Position numbers and translations under genes: made by a program. A stretch of DNA of 64,000 nucleotides from Octopus vulgaris (Eukaryota), in NCBI GenBank assembly GCA_951406725.2, contig OX597820.1, positions 68,634,001-68,698,000 of the forward strand, written 5' to 3'. Of the stretch, positions 42,447 to 53,992 are shown piece after piece (the first letter of the stretch is position 1; each line of letters opens with the position of its first letter). The notes below the pieces were generated by a model. The model made no database searches. It was not told the DNA's origin and was given only the letters and a program-made list of their open reading frames with translations.

Positions 42447-42533
42447 GGTCACTGCCTGGAATCGAACTAGGAATGTTGGCGTTTAGTAGCCTGCGCTCTT
42501 AACCACTACGCCACGGGCAGATGGCGTAGTGGT
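42222..42533 (-). mobile_element. tRNA-headed SINE-like element with internal (TAA)n and a hammerhead-bearing 3' tail (family E)
   Basis: Minus strand: A box TGGCGTAGTGG (42513-42503), B box AGTTCGATTCC (42468-42458), (TAA)n/(CAA)n, HHR at 42321-42274, tail (AATGTAAAT)n. Confidence 0.75.
42274..42321 (-). ncRNA. Minimal type-I hammerhead ribozyme motif
   Basis: aagacac-CTGATGA-a-gcctg-gggggtacat-cagcc-GAAA-CG-TT-gtctt. Confidence 0.65.
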
Positions 42534-42669
42534 CGATGAAGTTCACTAAATCGCTCCTATAAAAAACTGTTGGCCTTGTGCAAAATTGGAAACCATCACC
42601 ACGACCACCACCGCTGTCAACGTCGACATCATAATCGTCGTACTCATATAACTGTCATCGTTGTCTTTG

Positions 42670-42705
<36 letters not shown>

Positions 42706-43300
42706 AGGCAGCGAGCGCTCTGGATAGTTATTGCCTTGGAAAAAGTCTCTTACCCTACTTTTGTTTTTCCAGTTCATATCCTTCAGCTTTTGTCACTCAT
42801 AACTACGGGTTCGGTAAAATAATGTATTCAATAAGTACTTGGTTTTAGGGTATTGAATAATATCTTCACTCAGTTTGCTGTCCTTGTGCTTATATTATAA
42901 ACCATTATCATTGTTAGTAGTAAGAAAGCAGTGGCAGAATCATTAACACGCTTAACGGCATTTCTCCCGTTGCTCCGTTCTGAGTTCAAATTCTGCCAAG
43001 GTCGACTTTGCCTTTCATCGTTTCTGGGTCGATAAATTGGGTATCAGTGAAGCACAGATATCGAAGTAATCGACTGGCCCCATCCCACAAAATATCAGGC
43101 CTTGTGTCTATATGTCTATAGTAGAAAGGATTATCGTTATTATTAAAGGTGGCGTGCAAGCTGAACCGTTAGCACGCCGGACGAAATTTTTAGTGGTACT
43201 TCGTCTGCCGCTACGTTCTGAGTTCAAATTCCGCCGAGGATGACTTTACCTTTCATGCTTTCCGAGTCGATAAAATAAGTACTCGTTGAGTATTGGGGTG
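42706..43300 (+). mobile_element. Three tandem SINE family B copies (~42706-42905 decayed, ~42925-43135, ~43147-43300)
   Basis: Repeated cgttctgagttcaaatt..gcc.agg..gacttt.cctttcat..ttt...gtcgataaa cores separated by short TTA tails. Confidence 0.8.
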
Positions 43301-44160
43301 GATATATATATATATATTTATGTATGTATTAAACGTTTTACAATAGCACTCCATTCCTATATAAACATTTATGACTACCCACACCTGCATACTATAACAA
43401 CCACACACGCAACTCGGAGAGAAATTTTATAAACCAAATTTTATCTTGCATGCCATATCTTAGTTATGAGAGTAGTGTTTCGAAAAATACTCTTTCTGAA
43501 TTCTGGGAAACACGGTTAGATTAAAGGATAATCTTTTTACGCGGTTACATAGAGTAAAATATTACATCGGCAAAACTGAAGGGCCTCGTTCAACAGCACA
43601 GCTGGTCTGAAAAAAGATATTGGTTTGTACCCTTAAACAGTTGGCAGAGGAAGGATATATGTGTAGGGTTTACAGTGAGTGCTCATGTAACGGCCAAAGC
43701 AAAAATGAAGTAGAAGTAGTGTCGATCAACCTCCATGCAACCACGATACGAAAATACGTCGGGTCATTAGAAGGCCTCTTTATAGCCTGGCTAAATAATT
43801 ACAAATACTCTTTTTTGTATTTAGGAAAGTCGGTATGTTACAACCTCAGCTAGCCATACATGGCTATTAAATGATGAATTACTGTGATGAAAGCTTCTTG
43901 TTCAATACCTAGTTTATCTCGTTTGTTTCTACTGTCTTGACACTTATTACATTTTTTTCGGGTTGGATTATTCTGAAGTCATTAATTCACATAACTTGAC
44001 ACAGAACTGTCGGTGCATAGAAGGAGTTAATAACATCATTTTGTGACCACATAAGAACAACACCCCGTCAACTAAGTCGAAAATATTTAGGTGTTGATTA
44101 TAAATTGTTTGACGAACTTGTGCAATTGCTCTTTGTATTCACCCAAATATTTTGGCCTAC

Positions 44161-44165
44161 CTACA

Positions 44166-44251
<86 letters not shown>
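44161..44251. repeat. (TCTA)n microsatellite
   Basis: Direct reading. Confidence 0.9.
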
Positions 44252-44252
<1 letters not shown>

Positions 44253-45888
44253 TGTGTGTGCATATATCATATATCACATACATATATAGATACATACACA
44301 CATAATACATACACATGTGTGTGTGCGCGTGTGTATGTGTGTGTACTGAATCATGTTCTGTAAATAACATAAAATATATCAAACAATGCAGCATAAATTG
44401 TTTTTTATTTATATTGTTACGAGTAAAAATACCGAGCTTTCAATGTTTTATGCTAAGCACTTATTGTAACTCTTATAACATACCTCATTGTTTGGAATAT
44501 ATTATGTTAATATTGTCTTTAAATACACGACGAGGGCTCTGATTAAGTGCTAAGCACGGAGCATTTGACAGCATGGAATTGTTCTCGTATTGCATGGTAT
44601 ATACATACATACTTACATACATGCATGCATACATTCGTACATACGTACATAAATAAATACATACATCCATAAACACACACGTGTATATATATAAGCCAAT
44701 GTCTCTTTACTCAAAGAAGATGCAAGTATGAATGCATATAGAGAGAAACTATATTTTCATGGCATTATTTTCGCGAAAGAATTTAAACAATTCTCGTTAA
44801 ATTGATTTTCTTTTTTCATTTTCTCTTCATTTTCTTTTTCTTTTTTCTTTTGTTTCATTTCAATTTCTTCCTCAGGTATGTTTGTTGTGAACATGAAGAT
44901 GTAATAATCTGTCTTCGAAACAATTGTGTACTCCGTATCAATTACAATTTGAGGCCAATTTTCTGCAATTACGCTGTTCGTGTTATGCAGAAATGTATGA
45001 GCATCAAAGAATCTCTTTCGCTACTCAATAAATAATCCAAAAATATATTGTGAATCGTTTTTTTTTTTTTTTGTTTTATTTCGAATGAAAATATTGAAAA
45101 GAGTTTATCCTACACTGTTGTACAGATTATATCTATAAAGTTTATACCATACTGTATTATAGTGTAAATCTTAAACGTTTATGCCTCTTGCGATACCTGA
45201 CATCTTTAGTGCATTTAGTGTCACGGATATATACATAAAAACATTCTTTGCATATAGAATAACTTCATAGACAGAAAATGAAGAATCTTCCAAAATAAGT
45301 TCTACTACTCATAGAAGTCTCTTAGTATCCTGTTTAGGTACATCTTAACAGGAACTTCTTTCGTATTCTCCATAACACAGTGTGGCTTTGGAACAAACGA
45401 GTTATCACCATACAGCGTGAGATTTCTCATGAATAGTTTTCTGTTACGCTTCCAACATCTTCAAATAGCAATTAAAGCACTCTCAAATTATACACAGCTG
45501 AAGAACATGCTAACATATATATATTCTTTCGACTAATAAATCGAAAATGATCACGACGGGAACGCTCTTGCCCTTAGTTTTACCTTGTCTGGATTTAAAC
45601 AATAAAGTTTCACGTATTTAAGAAATAGGACGTGCGACAAGATCCAATTATTTTGGAATACATTCTGACTAATAAGTGCAAGAGAAGCAGTTAGGGGACC
45701 ATTCTGATAACAACTCATTCAATAGATTGTCCATCCATTATACTAAACTCTTAAATTTCTTCGTGTGCATGTCTATGCTTGTATGTGAATGTATGTACGT
45801 ATGTATGTATCCCTGCATGTATGTCTGTATGTATGTATATATGGATATATGAAACTATATAAATATATGTATGGACAGTTACATATAG

Positions 45889-45930
<42 letters not shown>

Positions 45931-45937
<7 letters not shown>

Positions 45938-46550
45938 AATTAAGGACTGAACGCGAAAAGTGGACAGTCAACATGCTAGATATAGACGTCAAATCGCCAT
46001 TCTCCACAAAGATTATGTTCTCAAATCAAACTCAGCACAAAATATGTTCTCTAACCGATAAATTGACTGCTGCTAATTATTAGCTGCAGGCTGGTTTTTA
46101 CGGGTCTCAACGCGCCAAAGTAAAGGCATTTGAAAGATACATTCGAATGTAATAGGTTGAAATCCATGCACGCGATACTCCGGTATCGTTTTTGCATCTA
46201 GTCCAGCAAATTGCATTCATAACGGACCATGCTGATGAATGTTACAGTTATCTTTGCGGATAATAATAACCGAAACTGATCAGTACATGGGTAATTATTT
46301 TATTTCGTATATTTTCACTTGTTTATTGCTTTGGTTTTGTGCTGAGTTTGATTTGAGAACATAATCTTTGTGGAGAATGGCGATTTGACGTCTATATCTA
46401 GCATGTTGACTGTCCACTTTTCGTGTTCAGTCCTTAAATGGTATATATAAATATTTTAATCTTCGGATTCTTTTTTAATATGCTAGACCACTGGTTTTAA
46501 TTGATTAATATCAATTTCTACCCTTAATTAATTTTATATAAATATTGATC
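45931..46550. mobile_element. Fold-back Penelope-like/retrozyme element: 112-bp inverted repeat enclosing a hammerhead ribozyme, inserted in (TA)n
   Basis: 45931-46042 and 46335-46446 are inverted, 110/112 identical. HHR in the 292-bp spacer. About 100 bp of extra 3' sequence precedes the TA tract. Confidence 0.8.
46227..46290 (+). ncRNA. Type-I hammerhead ribozyme
   Basis: ccatg-CTGATGA-a-tgtta..(gttatc/gataat)..taacc-GAAA-CTGATCAG-TA-catgg. Stem I ccatg/catgg, intact core, palindromic stem III ACTGATCAGT, GUA cleavage triplet (after 46285). Confidence 0.8.
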
Positions 46551-46615
46551 TATATATATATATGTATATATGTGTGTGTGTATAAATATATTTATATATA
46601 TATATATATATATAT

Positions 46616-46960
46616 GAAGGCGCATGAAGGCGCATAGCTCAGTGGTTAGGGCGTAGAGCTTACCATCATGAGGTTGTGAATTCGATTCCCGGACCGGGCT
46701 GTGTGTTGTGTTCTTGAACAAGACACTTTATTTCATGTTGCTCCAGTTAACTCATCTGTAGAAATGAGTTGCGACGTCACAGGTGTCAAGCTGTATCGGC
46801 CTTTGCCTTTCCTTTGGCTAACATCAGTGTTGTGGAGAGGGGGGGGCTGGTATACATGGGCGACTGCTGGCCTTCCACAAACAACCTTACCTGGACCTGT
46901 GCCTCGGATGGTGACTTTCTGGGTGCAATCTCATGGTTATTCATGACCGAAGGGGTCTCC
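46616..46960 (+). mobile_element. tRNA-derived SINE family C, full length
   Basis: A box tagctcagtgg, B box gaattcgattcc, then the core-like gtgttcttgaacaagacactttatttcatgttgctcc; flanked by TA tracts. Confidence 0.85.
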
Positions 46961-46961
46961 T

Positions 46962-47053
<92 letters not shown>

Positions 47054-47070
47054 TATGTATGTATATATAT

Positions 47071-47198
47071 AGGGAGAGTTTACGAAAAAAACAAAAGACG
47101 AAGACAGGTGGTATACTAAACAAACAAATGTATTAGTATAACGCTCAGAAATAGAAATAGTATTTTACCTTTAGAGCCGACGCTCTTCTACAAAGAGG

Positions 47199-47200
<2 letters not shown>
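47071..47200 (-). mobile_element. Penelope-like repeat fragment with decayed hammerhead
   Basis: Minus strand ttgtaga-a-GAGC-gtcg-GCTC-taaa-ggt-a; same GAGC/GCTC stem II as the 15042 motif. Confidence 0.5.
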
Positions 47201-47287
<87 letters not shown>

Positions 47288-47291
47288 TTAA

Positions 47292-47318
<27 letters not shown>

Positions 47319-47324
<6 letters not shown>

Positions 47325-47402
47325 CCAAACATGAAAACACAAAGAGAAAACACAAAAACGCGAGGACGTGGAACAAATATAGTATTATTGGACGCTCAGG
47401 AA
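47319..47402 (-). mobile_element. 3' fragment of the 14970-15170 repeat family
   Basis: tccaaacatgaa..caaagagaaaacaca..aacgcgagg.c.tggaacaa.tatagt.ttattggac.ctcag is the reverse complement of 15093-15166. Confidence 0.75.
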
Positions 47403-47670
47403 TATATATCCATGTAGACAAATACACATACGAGGTACCTAGGAGAATTTCGACTTCTATACCTTCACCTTTGATAACTGTGAGTGAAATAGGTGTGCGG
47501 AGAAATAGTGTTGTAGACGCGCTTGGTTATACACAACAATTCATCAAATATCAGTAGATTAATGAGAGCATTTATGTGTGTGCAAGTGTGTGGAAGTGTG
47601 TTTGTGTTTGTGCCTATTTACACCATTCGGAAATCCTATCATACGTTTAATGAATTAAGGTGTCTGTTAC

Positions 47671-47960
47671 AGATGCTGAGTGGTTAGAGCAGCTGACTCA
47701 TGGTTGAGGGATCTCGAGTTCGAATCTCAAACCGGACGATATGTATGTTTATGAGCGAAACACTTACGTTCCACGCCTCTCCGGCAGAAGGTAATGGCGA
47801 ACTTCTACTGACTCTTTCGCCACAACTTTTTCTCAATCTTTCCTCCTGCATCTTGCAGCTCACTTGCGATGGACCGGCTTCCTGTCCAGGTGGGGAACCT
47901 ATACGCCAAGGGAACTGGGAAACTGGCCCTTATGAGTCAGGTGTGGCTCGGGAAGGAACA
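47671..47960 (+). mobile_element. tRNA-derived SINE family D (V-domain-like core)
   Basis: A-box-like tgctgagtgg, B box gagttcgaatct. gcgatggaccggcttcctgtccagg (47866-47890) resembles the V-SINE central domain, from memory. Confidence 0.7.
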
Positions 47961-48164
47961 CACAATACAGATGCTGAAAATGAAATAAATTTTGAAGTAA
48001 ATTTTGGAATCATTATGATCAACCAAAAAACAGTGCTTCAACAGGCTGTAGTCCTGTGACTGATGTAAATATAAAAATATATGAATCGCTATCTGTTTTT
48101 GTGTAACTGTGCGTAATTGTGTGTGTATGTATGTGTGAGTGAGTGTAAATCTCACTAAATTATG

Positions 48165-48920
48165 CATCAAATATCTATTCTGGTTGAATTAAATATAAAG
48201 ACTAGCTGTAAACGAACGTTCTATGCATCAACAGCGCTTTATCACTATTCATATATTTATATGTGAAGAGCTATGACAGATGTATTGCGATATTTACAGC
48301 ACAGAAAAAGGAGATCAAAAGTCAGGTGCTGAGATAACTATGAGGACATACGTACAGAAGTAAGAGGCAATAAAACGTAAACGAAAATGACAGCTTAATA
48401 CCAATGACAACCATATTTAAACTTATATAGTATTATGATGTCACATGTAGATTGGTGATAGAGCATTATGATATACTAAGAAAATCTCTTGGCATGATCA
48501 TCTGTCAAAGCCAGGCACTCAACTTTCTAGTTCTTAGTACTTAACCACCGTTGGTACCTAACAATATATGTTTTGATGCGATATTCCCAAAATTCATTTT
48601 TCGTTTATTACATTTCATACAATCAACAGAATACCTAGGTACATATATCTCAATAGTAAATAGAAACCCTACTATTTTCGAGATGTCATTTGATGCATTC
48701 TGAAACTTAATAATAATTACATAATACATCAAATATCTTTTCGCATCGGATTAAATATACAGGCTCGCTGTATATACCGCTTTATGTTTATATGTGAAAA
48801 GCTCTGACAGATGACTTGCGATGTTTACAGCGTTTAAAAAAGTGACCAAATGTCAAGTGCTGAAATGACTATAAGGACACATGTACAGAAGTAAGAGGTA
48901 GTAGAAAGTAAACAAAAATG
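48165..48920 (+). repeat. Diverged local direct duplication (48165-48389 and 48727-48920)
   Basis: Colinear blocks catcaaatatct..ttaaatata, tttatatgtgaa.agct.tgacagatg..ttgcgat.tttacagc, gtacagaagtaagagg. Confidence 0.85.
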
Positions 48921-49106
48921 TTTAGTGGACAAGGTATTTCTGCTATTCTTTTACACATTTCAGCCCTAAAGCTATGGCCACGCTGGAGCACCGCCAGTAG
49001 AAACGTTTTTAATTATTTAATCCAATGGGGCATTATATCATGAAGAACTCCATTGTAATTTTAATGTATTTGAAACAATTAGGAATAATTAAAATTAGAA
49101 ACAATA

Positions 49107-49197
49107 CTTCTTCTTCTTCTTCTTCTCCTTCTTCTTCTCCTCCTCCTCCCCCATCCTCCTCCTCCTCCTCCTGCTTCTTTTTCTTCTTCTTCTTCTT

Positions 49198-49228
<31 letters not shown>

Positions 49229-49256
49229 TTATTATTATTATTATTATCATTATTAC
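49107..49256. repeat. Compound (TTC)(TCC)(TTC)(TTA) array
   Basis: Direct reading. Confidence 0.9.
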
Positions 49257-49262
49257 TTTTTA

Positions 49263-49452
49263 AGGAGGCGAACTGGCACAATTATTGGCGGTATTTCGCC
49301 CGTCGTTACATTCGGAGTTCAAATTCCGCCGAGGTCGACTTCAACTTTTATCATCTAGGAGTCGATCAAATAAGTACAAGTTGAACACAGAGGTTGAGGT
49401 AATCGACTCATCCTCTCCGCCAAAATTGCTGCCCTTGTGGCACAATTTGAAC
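49263..49452 (+). mobile_element. SINE family B monomer with (TTA)/(TTG) tail
   Basis: ggcgaactggca head and gagttcaaattccgccgaggtcgactt core. Confidence 0.85.
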
Positions 49453-50387
49453 CGTTATTATTATTATTATTATTGTTGTTGTTGTTGTTGTTATCATTAT
49501 TATTATTATTTGTTGTTGTTGTTTATAGTGCCGTCCTTGTTGGTCTCAGGAGTTTCCATTTTCATTTCCAGTTACTTATCAATCACGCTGTCACATCATG
49601 CTTAATTAGAAAAAAAATCTTTATTATAATTATTATCGCCACAATAACTTGTTGGCAGTTAATGATATAATGAGCAATTACCTCACATAGTTACAGGTTA
49701 TCTTAATCTGCATTGCTATTTCACAAGAACTATCAGTTAATACAACATTTAATTTGCGAGTTCTCCTCTTACACAACACAAGTAGAACGAATAAATATCT
49801 GCAGGAGCCGAATACCCGCACCGTTCTATTGGCAAATGTGATAGTGTATTAGCAACTCGCCAACACCTCCAGTGTTGCTGAGTTGATACCGCTACGACAC
49901 AACCGATCCTGAATTTTTTTGAATCATTTGAAATTTGACACCTTCAAAGTCATACAAGGTAGAGAAACATGTCATTATATCGACGCCTCGATAACTTTAG
50001 AGACTCGACTCCCTTCACTCCAGAAATAAGTGCCTGCAGCTATGGCAACATGATTCCCCTATAATTGACACCCCTATGGCTATAACATATACTTACCCCT
50101 ATAATTAGAGCAACCTGATGCCCCTATGAGTTCAAAAAACACCAGTCATCTCAATATGTGGGTTGGTAAAGTTTAACGCTGCTTAAATATTCCGGCTGTA
50201 ACGCATGTGATTTGGTTCGTAAAGAAATAGTTCAAATAGAACATTTCTCATTAGAAGCAGCAGCAACACCAGCAGCAGCAGCAGCAGTTTTAGTAATTAA
50301 TATAGAAGGAAGCAAAATAAATATCTTCATTATTTAAAATCAGATTTTAATTTAAAACATTCTCCTGTCGATGTAAGCGAAGGTAAT

Positions 50388-50598
50388 ATGGATTTCAAAT
50401 TTTGGTACAAGGCCAGCAATTTTAAGAGAGTGGGTAAGTCGATTATATCGATTCCAGTTCTCATCTGGTACTTTTCACATCGACCCCGATGGGATGGAAG
50501 GCAAAGTCTACCTCGACAGAATTTGAACTCACAACGTAAAGACGGACGACATTCCACTGAGCATTTTGCCCAGCGTGCTTACATTTCTACCTGCTCGA
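50388..50598 (-). mobile_element. SINE family B monomer
   Basis: ggatggaaggcaaagtctacctcgacagaatttgaactc core in reverse. Confidence 0.85.
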
Positions 50599-51262
50599 TG
50601 ATTTAACAGAAAGTAATATTCAATAATCAATGACAAGATGAAAACACAGCTTAACTCGATTATAATGGTATACTGTTACCTTAAAATTCAGAGATTCATT
50701 GATTTAGTTTTGGATACACAAATAGTTGTTGGTATGCAAAACGCTAGATGGTCAGATTTGGAGTTTATCAACAAAAAGAATAAAAATAAAAATAAAGAGA
50801 ACATTGACTTTACAATAAATTCAAAATATTTCGTTTCCTCATTTGGTTTTCAAGATTCTTCATGTGAACACCTGTGTTGAAACATTTTTTTTTTTGCATG
50901 TCGGGAACGTCATTGTGCCGCTAATAAACACGCATTGGAATTTAAAACATTTATAAAAAATATTAATTATAGATTAATAATACTTTTTTTTACATATGCG
51001 ATTTTACTATAGATTTACATACTTTAGAAATTGGTTGCAGTCGTTTTTCTAGCTCATTTACAGAAGATCTATTCTCTTTACAGAGATATATTCCAATGCT
51101 ATACTCAGACCGATAATTACTATTTATTTTCATTCTAAAATTCTTTTCTCTTGTTTCTGTATAATTCTTTTACATCAGTCTCTGTACTTGAATTATTTTA
51201 TTGAATTGTGACGAAATATTATACTTACATTTTTTCCTTTGTTTTTCTGTTTTTACTCTAAA

Positions 51263-51610
51263 GGATCAGGCATAACTGTGTAGTTAATAACCTCCCTTAG
51301 CAATCATGCGTTTTTTGATTGAGACCCACTTGGGGACATTTCTTCTATTATATCATCAGTCCGACCAATGCTTTGTGAGTAAATGAGGTTGACTGAAACT
51401 GTGGAAGCCCATCGAGTGCATCTGTGTCTTTCTATTTCTGCTTGGCTTCCCACCGCTTAACATCGGTGTTGGTTTGTTTACGACCCCGTAACTCGGGGAT
51501 TCGGCAAGAGACACCGAGAGAATTAGTACCAAATTAAAATTTAGGTTCTAGGTGCGATTTTTTTTGACTAAACGCTTCGTAGTGGAGACATCACATGGGC
51601 GCAGTCCATT
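51263..51610 (+). mobile_element. Old diverged SINE family A copy
   Basis: ccgaccaatgctttgtgagt...tgaaactg, and ggtgttggtttgtttacgaccccgtaact. Confidence 0.7.
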
Positions 51611-53510
51611 TTACGTATAATTGTTACTGTTATTGTTGTAATTGCTTACTCAAGTCATTATCCCCGTGACCATACCGTCGTTTCAAGGATAGCTTAGGAA
51701 TACATTATCAAACGTGTCCTTCCCGAGTTATGACTGAGAGAAATTTGGTTGCTATTTCCAGTAGATTGTTTCAATGCAGTGTATTTTCCATATATTTAGC
51801 TATTTAATTACTAGAGAAAGAAATTTTCTCACTGTTCTCGGTACATAACCTATTCACTGGGGAAATATATTTCCATGTTGAGAATGAATTTAACGTAATT
51901 TGTTCCGCGAGTTAGCTGTATCGAAATATGAATATTTATTAGCAATTTCTGATTATTTACACAAATATTTCATGTAAACATTTATGTAAATATTTTAGAA
52001 TTTACGACTGTTGCACTATATTTTCCAAGTTTTGTTTTGTTTGCCTACGGTGTCTGAGTGCGTGTAAATAGAATGTATTGATTGTTTTGGTGTTATAATT
52101 TCCATTGTATTTATGAGTTCTCTATTCAGTAGAGAAACTTCCCCTTATTAAGCCGTTTCATATATACATTTTTGTGTAGTTGTTCCGTTACCAAACGTTT
52201 AGGTAAGCTTTCAATGTTTTCTCTATAACATTATAACATTTTCCAGTGGACTTAATTTGCCCAATACAGTAGGAAACAAAAATGTATATTTCGCCTCCTT
52301 GTCACCGGTGTTTACATAAATTCGACAAATTCTCAGTTGCTTTGAACGAATTAATTCCAGTAACATAACTTATTTGAAATATGAATATTTTGTAGCTCCG
52401 CGTAACAGCCTCAGAATTTAGTAAGCTCAGCCGAAAATTTTGTCAGAAAAATCCCATTCTTTTCTGCTTTACTAGATTGGCTGCTGTTTATCAGTTGAAC
52501 GCTTAAAACTTTGCAGAATTTCGATGGTTCAAAGTTTCGTAAAGAAAAATTGATTTTTAGAAGAGGAAAATAAAATATTAACATATATTATATATAACTG
52601 TTTGTAGACTGTTATTGATATTAATGAATTTAGGATATTTCAATCTACAATCAAAATACTTCATATATTCGGTACATTCAGGTTACATCGATGGTAGTTG
52701 CCACGGTGTAGATATTTGACTGGGATGAGCCTAGATTGAAAAATCTTATGACGGACCAATACATCTTGTTTTTGAATAAACTGTATCGAATAAACTTCAT
52801 TACTGTATTTAAATCAAACTGTATCTAAATAAACTTCATTATCAAATGCACTGCTTTCTAAAATCAGTTGGGTGTCCTTTGAGGGATTTAGGCTAAAATT
52901 TCTAACAAGTTCCCGCGCGAGCTCTCCAGAAAATCGTTGATAAAAAATTTATATGTTGATTTTATAATCTTAAAAAATCTTGTCCTTCACCGAATTCCAT
53001 TCAAAGAATGTTGGGTAAGATTTCTGATTAATATTACCATACTGAACATAAATATAAATCGTTGTATGGCTCATTTTCAAATTCATAAAATCATTATATG
53101 TGGAAGTAAGATTTGAAAAGGAATTCCTTACCAACGACTCTCAGGTATGGTAATCCTGTTGAAATGTTACTCTAATGAAAATAGAGGGGCACATTTGATA
53201 CTATTTTAAACAAGCGAAGTCGAAGAGAAGACAGAGATGTGCCCCAGAGGGTTTAAACAAGAAGCACGTCCAACAGCAAATAAAAGCTACATAATCTGGT
53301 TTTCTATATTTCCCAAGCATTTAAAATTAATTTAGTTTAAGCCACACTAAACTCGTTACCATTTATTATATTATGCATATAGTTTTCTGTAGGAAACTTT
53401 TCTAAATTATTCTTCTAACTTATATGTATAAGGAGTCAACTATATACAGCTTACAGATTCATGACGCTTGTACTTAGAAACGTCTCAAAGTAAGTTGTTA
53501 TAATGTATAC

Positions 53511-53720
53511 TGTTTCAATTTTTGGTGCAAGACCAGCAATTTCGGAGAGGATGTAAGTCGATTACATCGACTTCAGTACTCGAATTGTACTTATTTCATC
53601 GAGCTCGAAATGCTGGAAACGGAAGGTTAACCACGATGAAATTTGAACTCCGAACCTTAAGACGGACGAAATACCGCTAATCATCTTGCCCAAAGCAAAA
53701 CGTTTGTACCAGCTTGCTGC
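53511..53720 (-). mobile_element. SINE family B monomer
   Basis: taagtcgattacatcgac...aatttgaactc...gacggacgaaataccgcta. Confidence 0.8.
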
Positions 53721-53775
53721 ATCAGCTGATGCAATTTATAGTATCTAATGTAATATTTTTATTTGCAGAGAATTA

Positions 53776-53992
53776 AGATGTCAAGCTAGTAGAATCGTTA
53801 GCAAGCTGGGCAAAATGCTCTGTGGCATTTCGCCCCTCGTTACGTTCTGAGTTCAAATTCTGCAGAGGTCGACTTTGCTTTTCATCCTTTCGAAGTCGAT
53901 AAAATAAGTACTAGTTGTACACAAGGGTCGATGTAATCGTCTATCCCCTCACCCAAAGCTTCGGGCCTTATGCCTATAGTAGAAAAGGATTA
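53776..53992 (+). mobile_element. SINE family B monomer, head-to-head with 53511-53720
   Basis: cgttctgagttcaaattctgcagaggtcgactttgcttttcatcctttcg core. Confidence 0.85.

Noticed and set aside
42447-42513. tRNA gene (also 46629-46695 and 47671-47735)
   Set aside because: A and B boxes are present, but the cloverleaf is incomplete and each continues into a SINE body.
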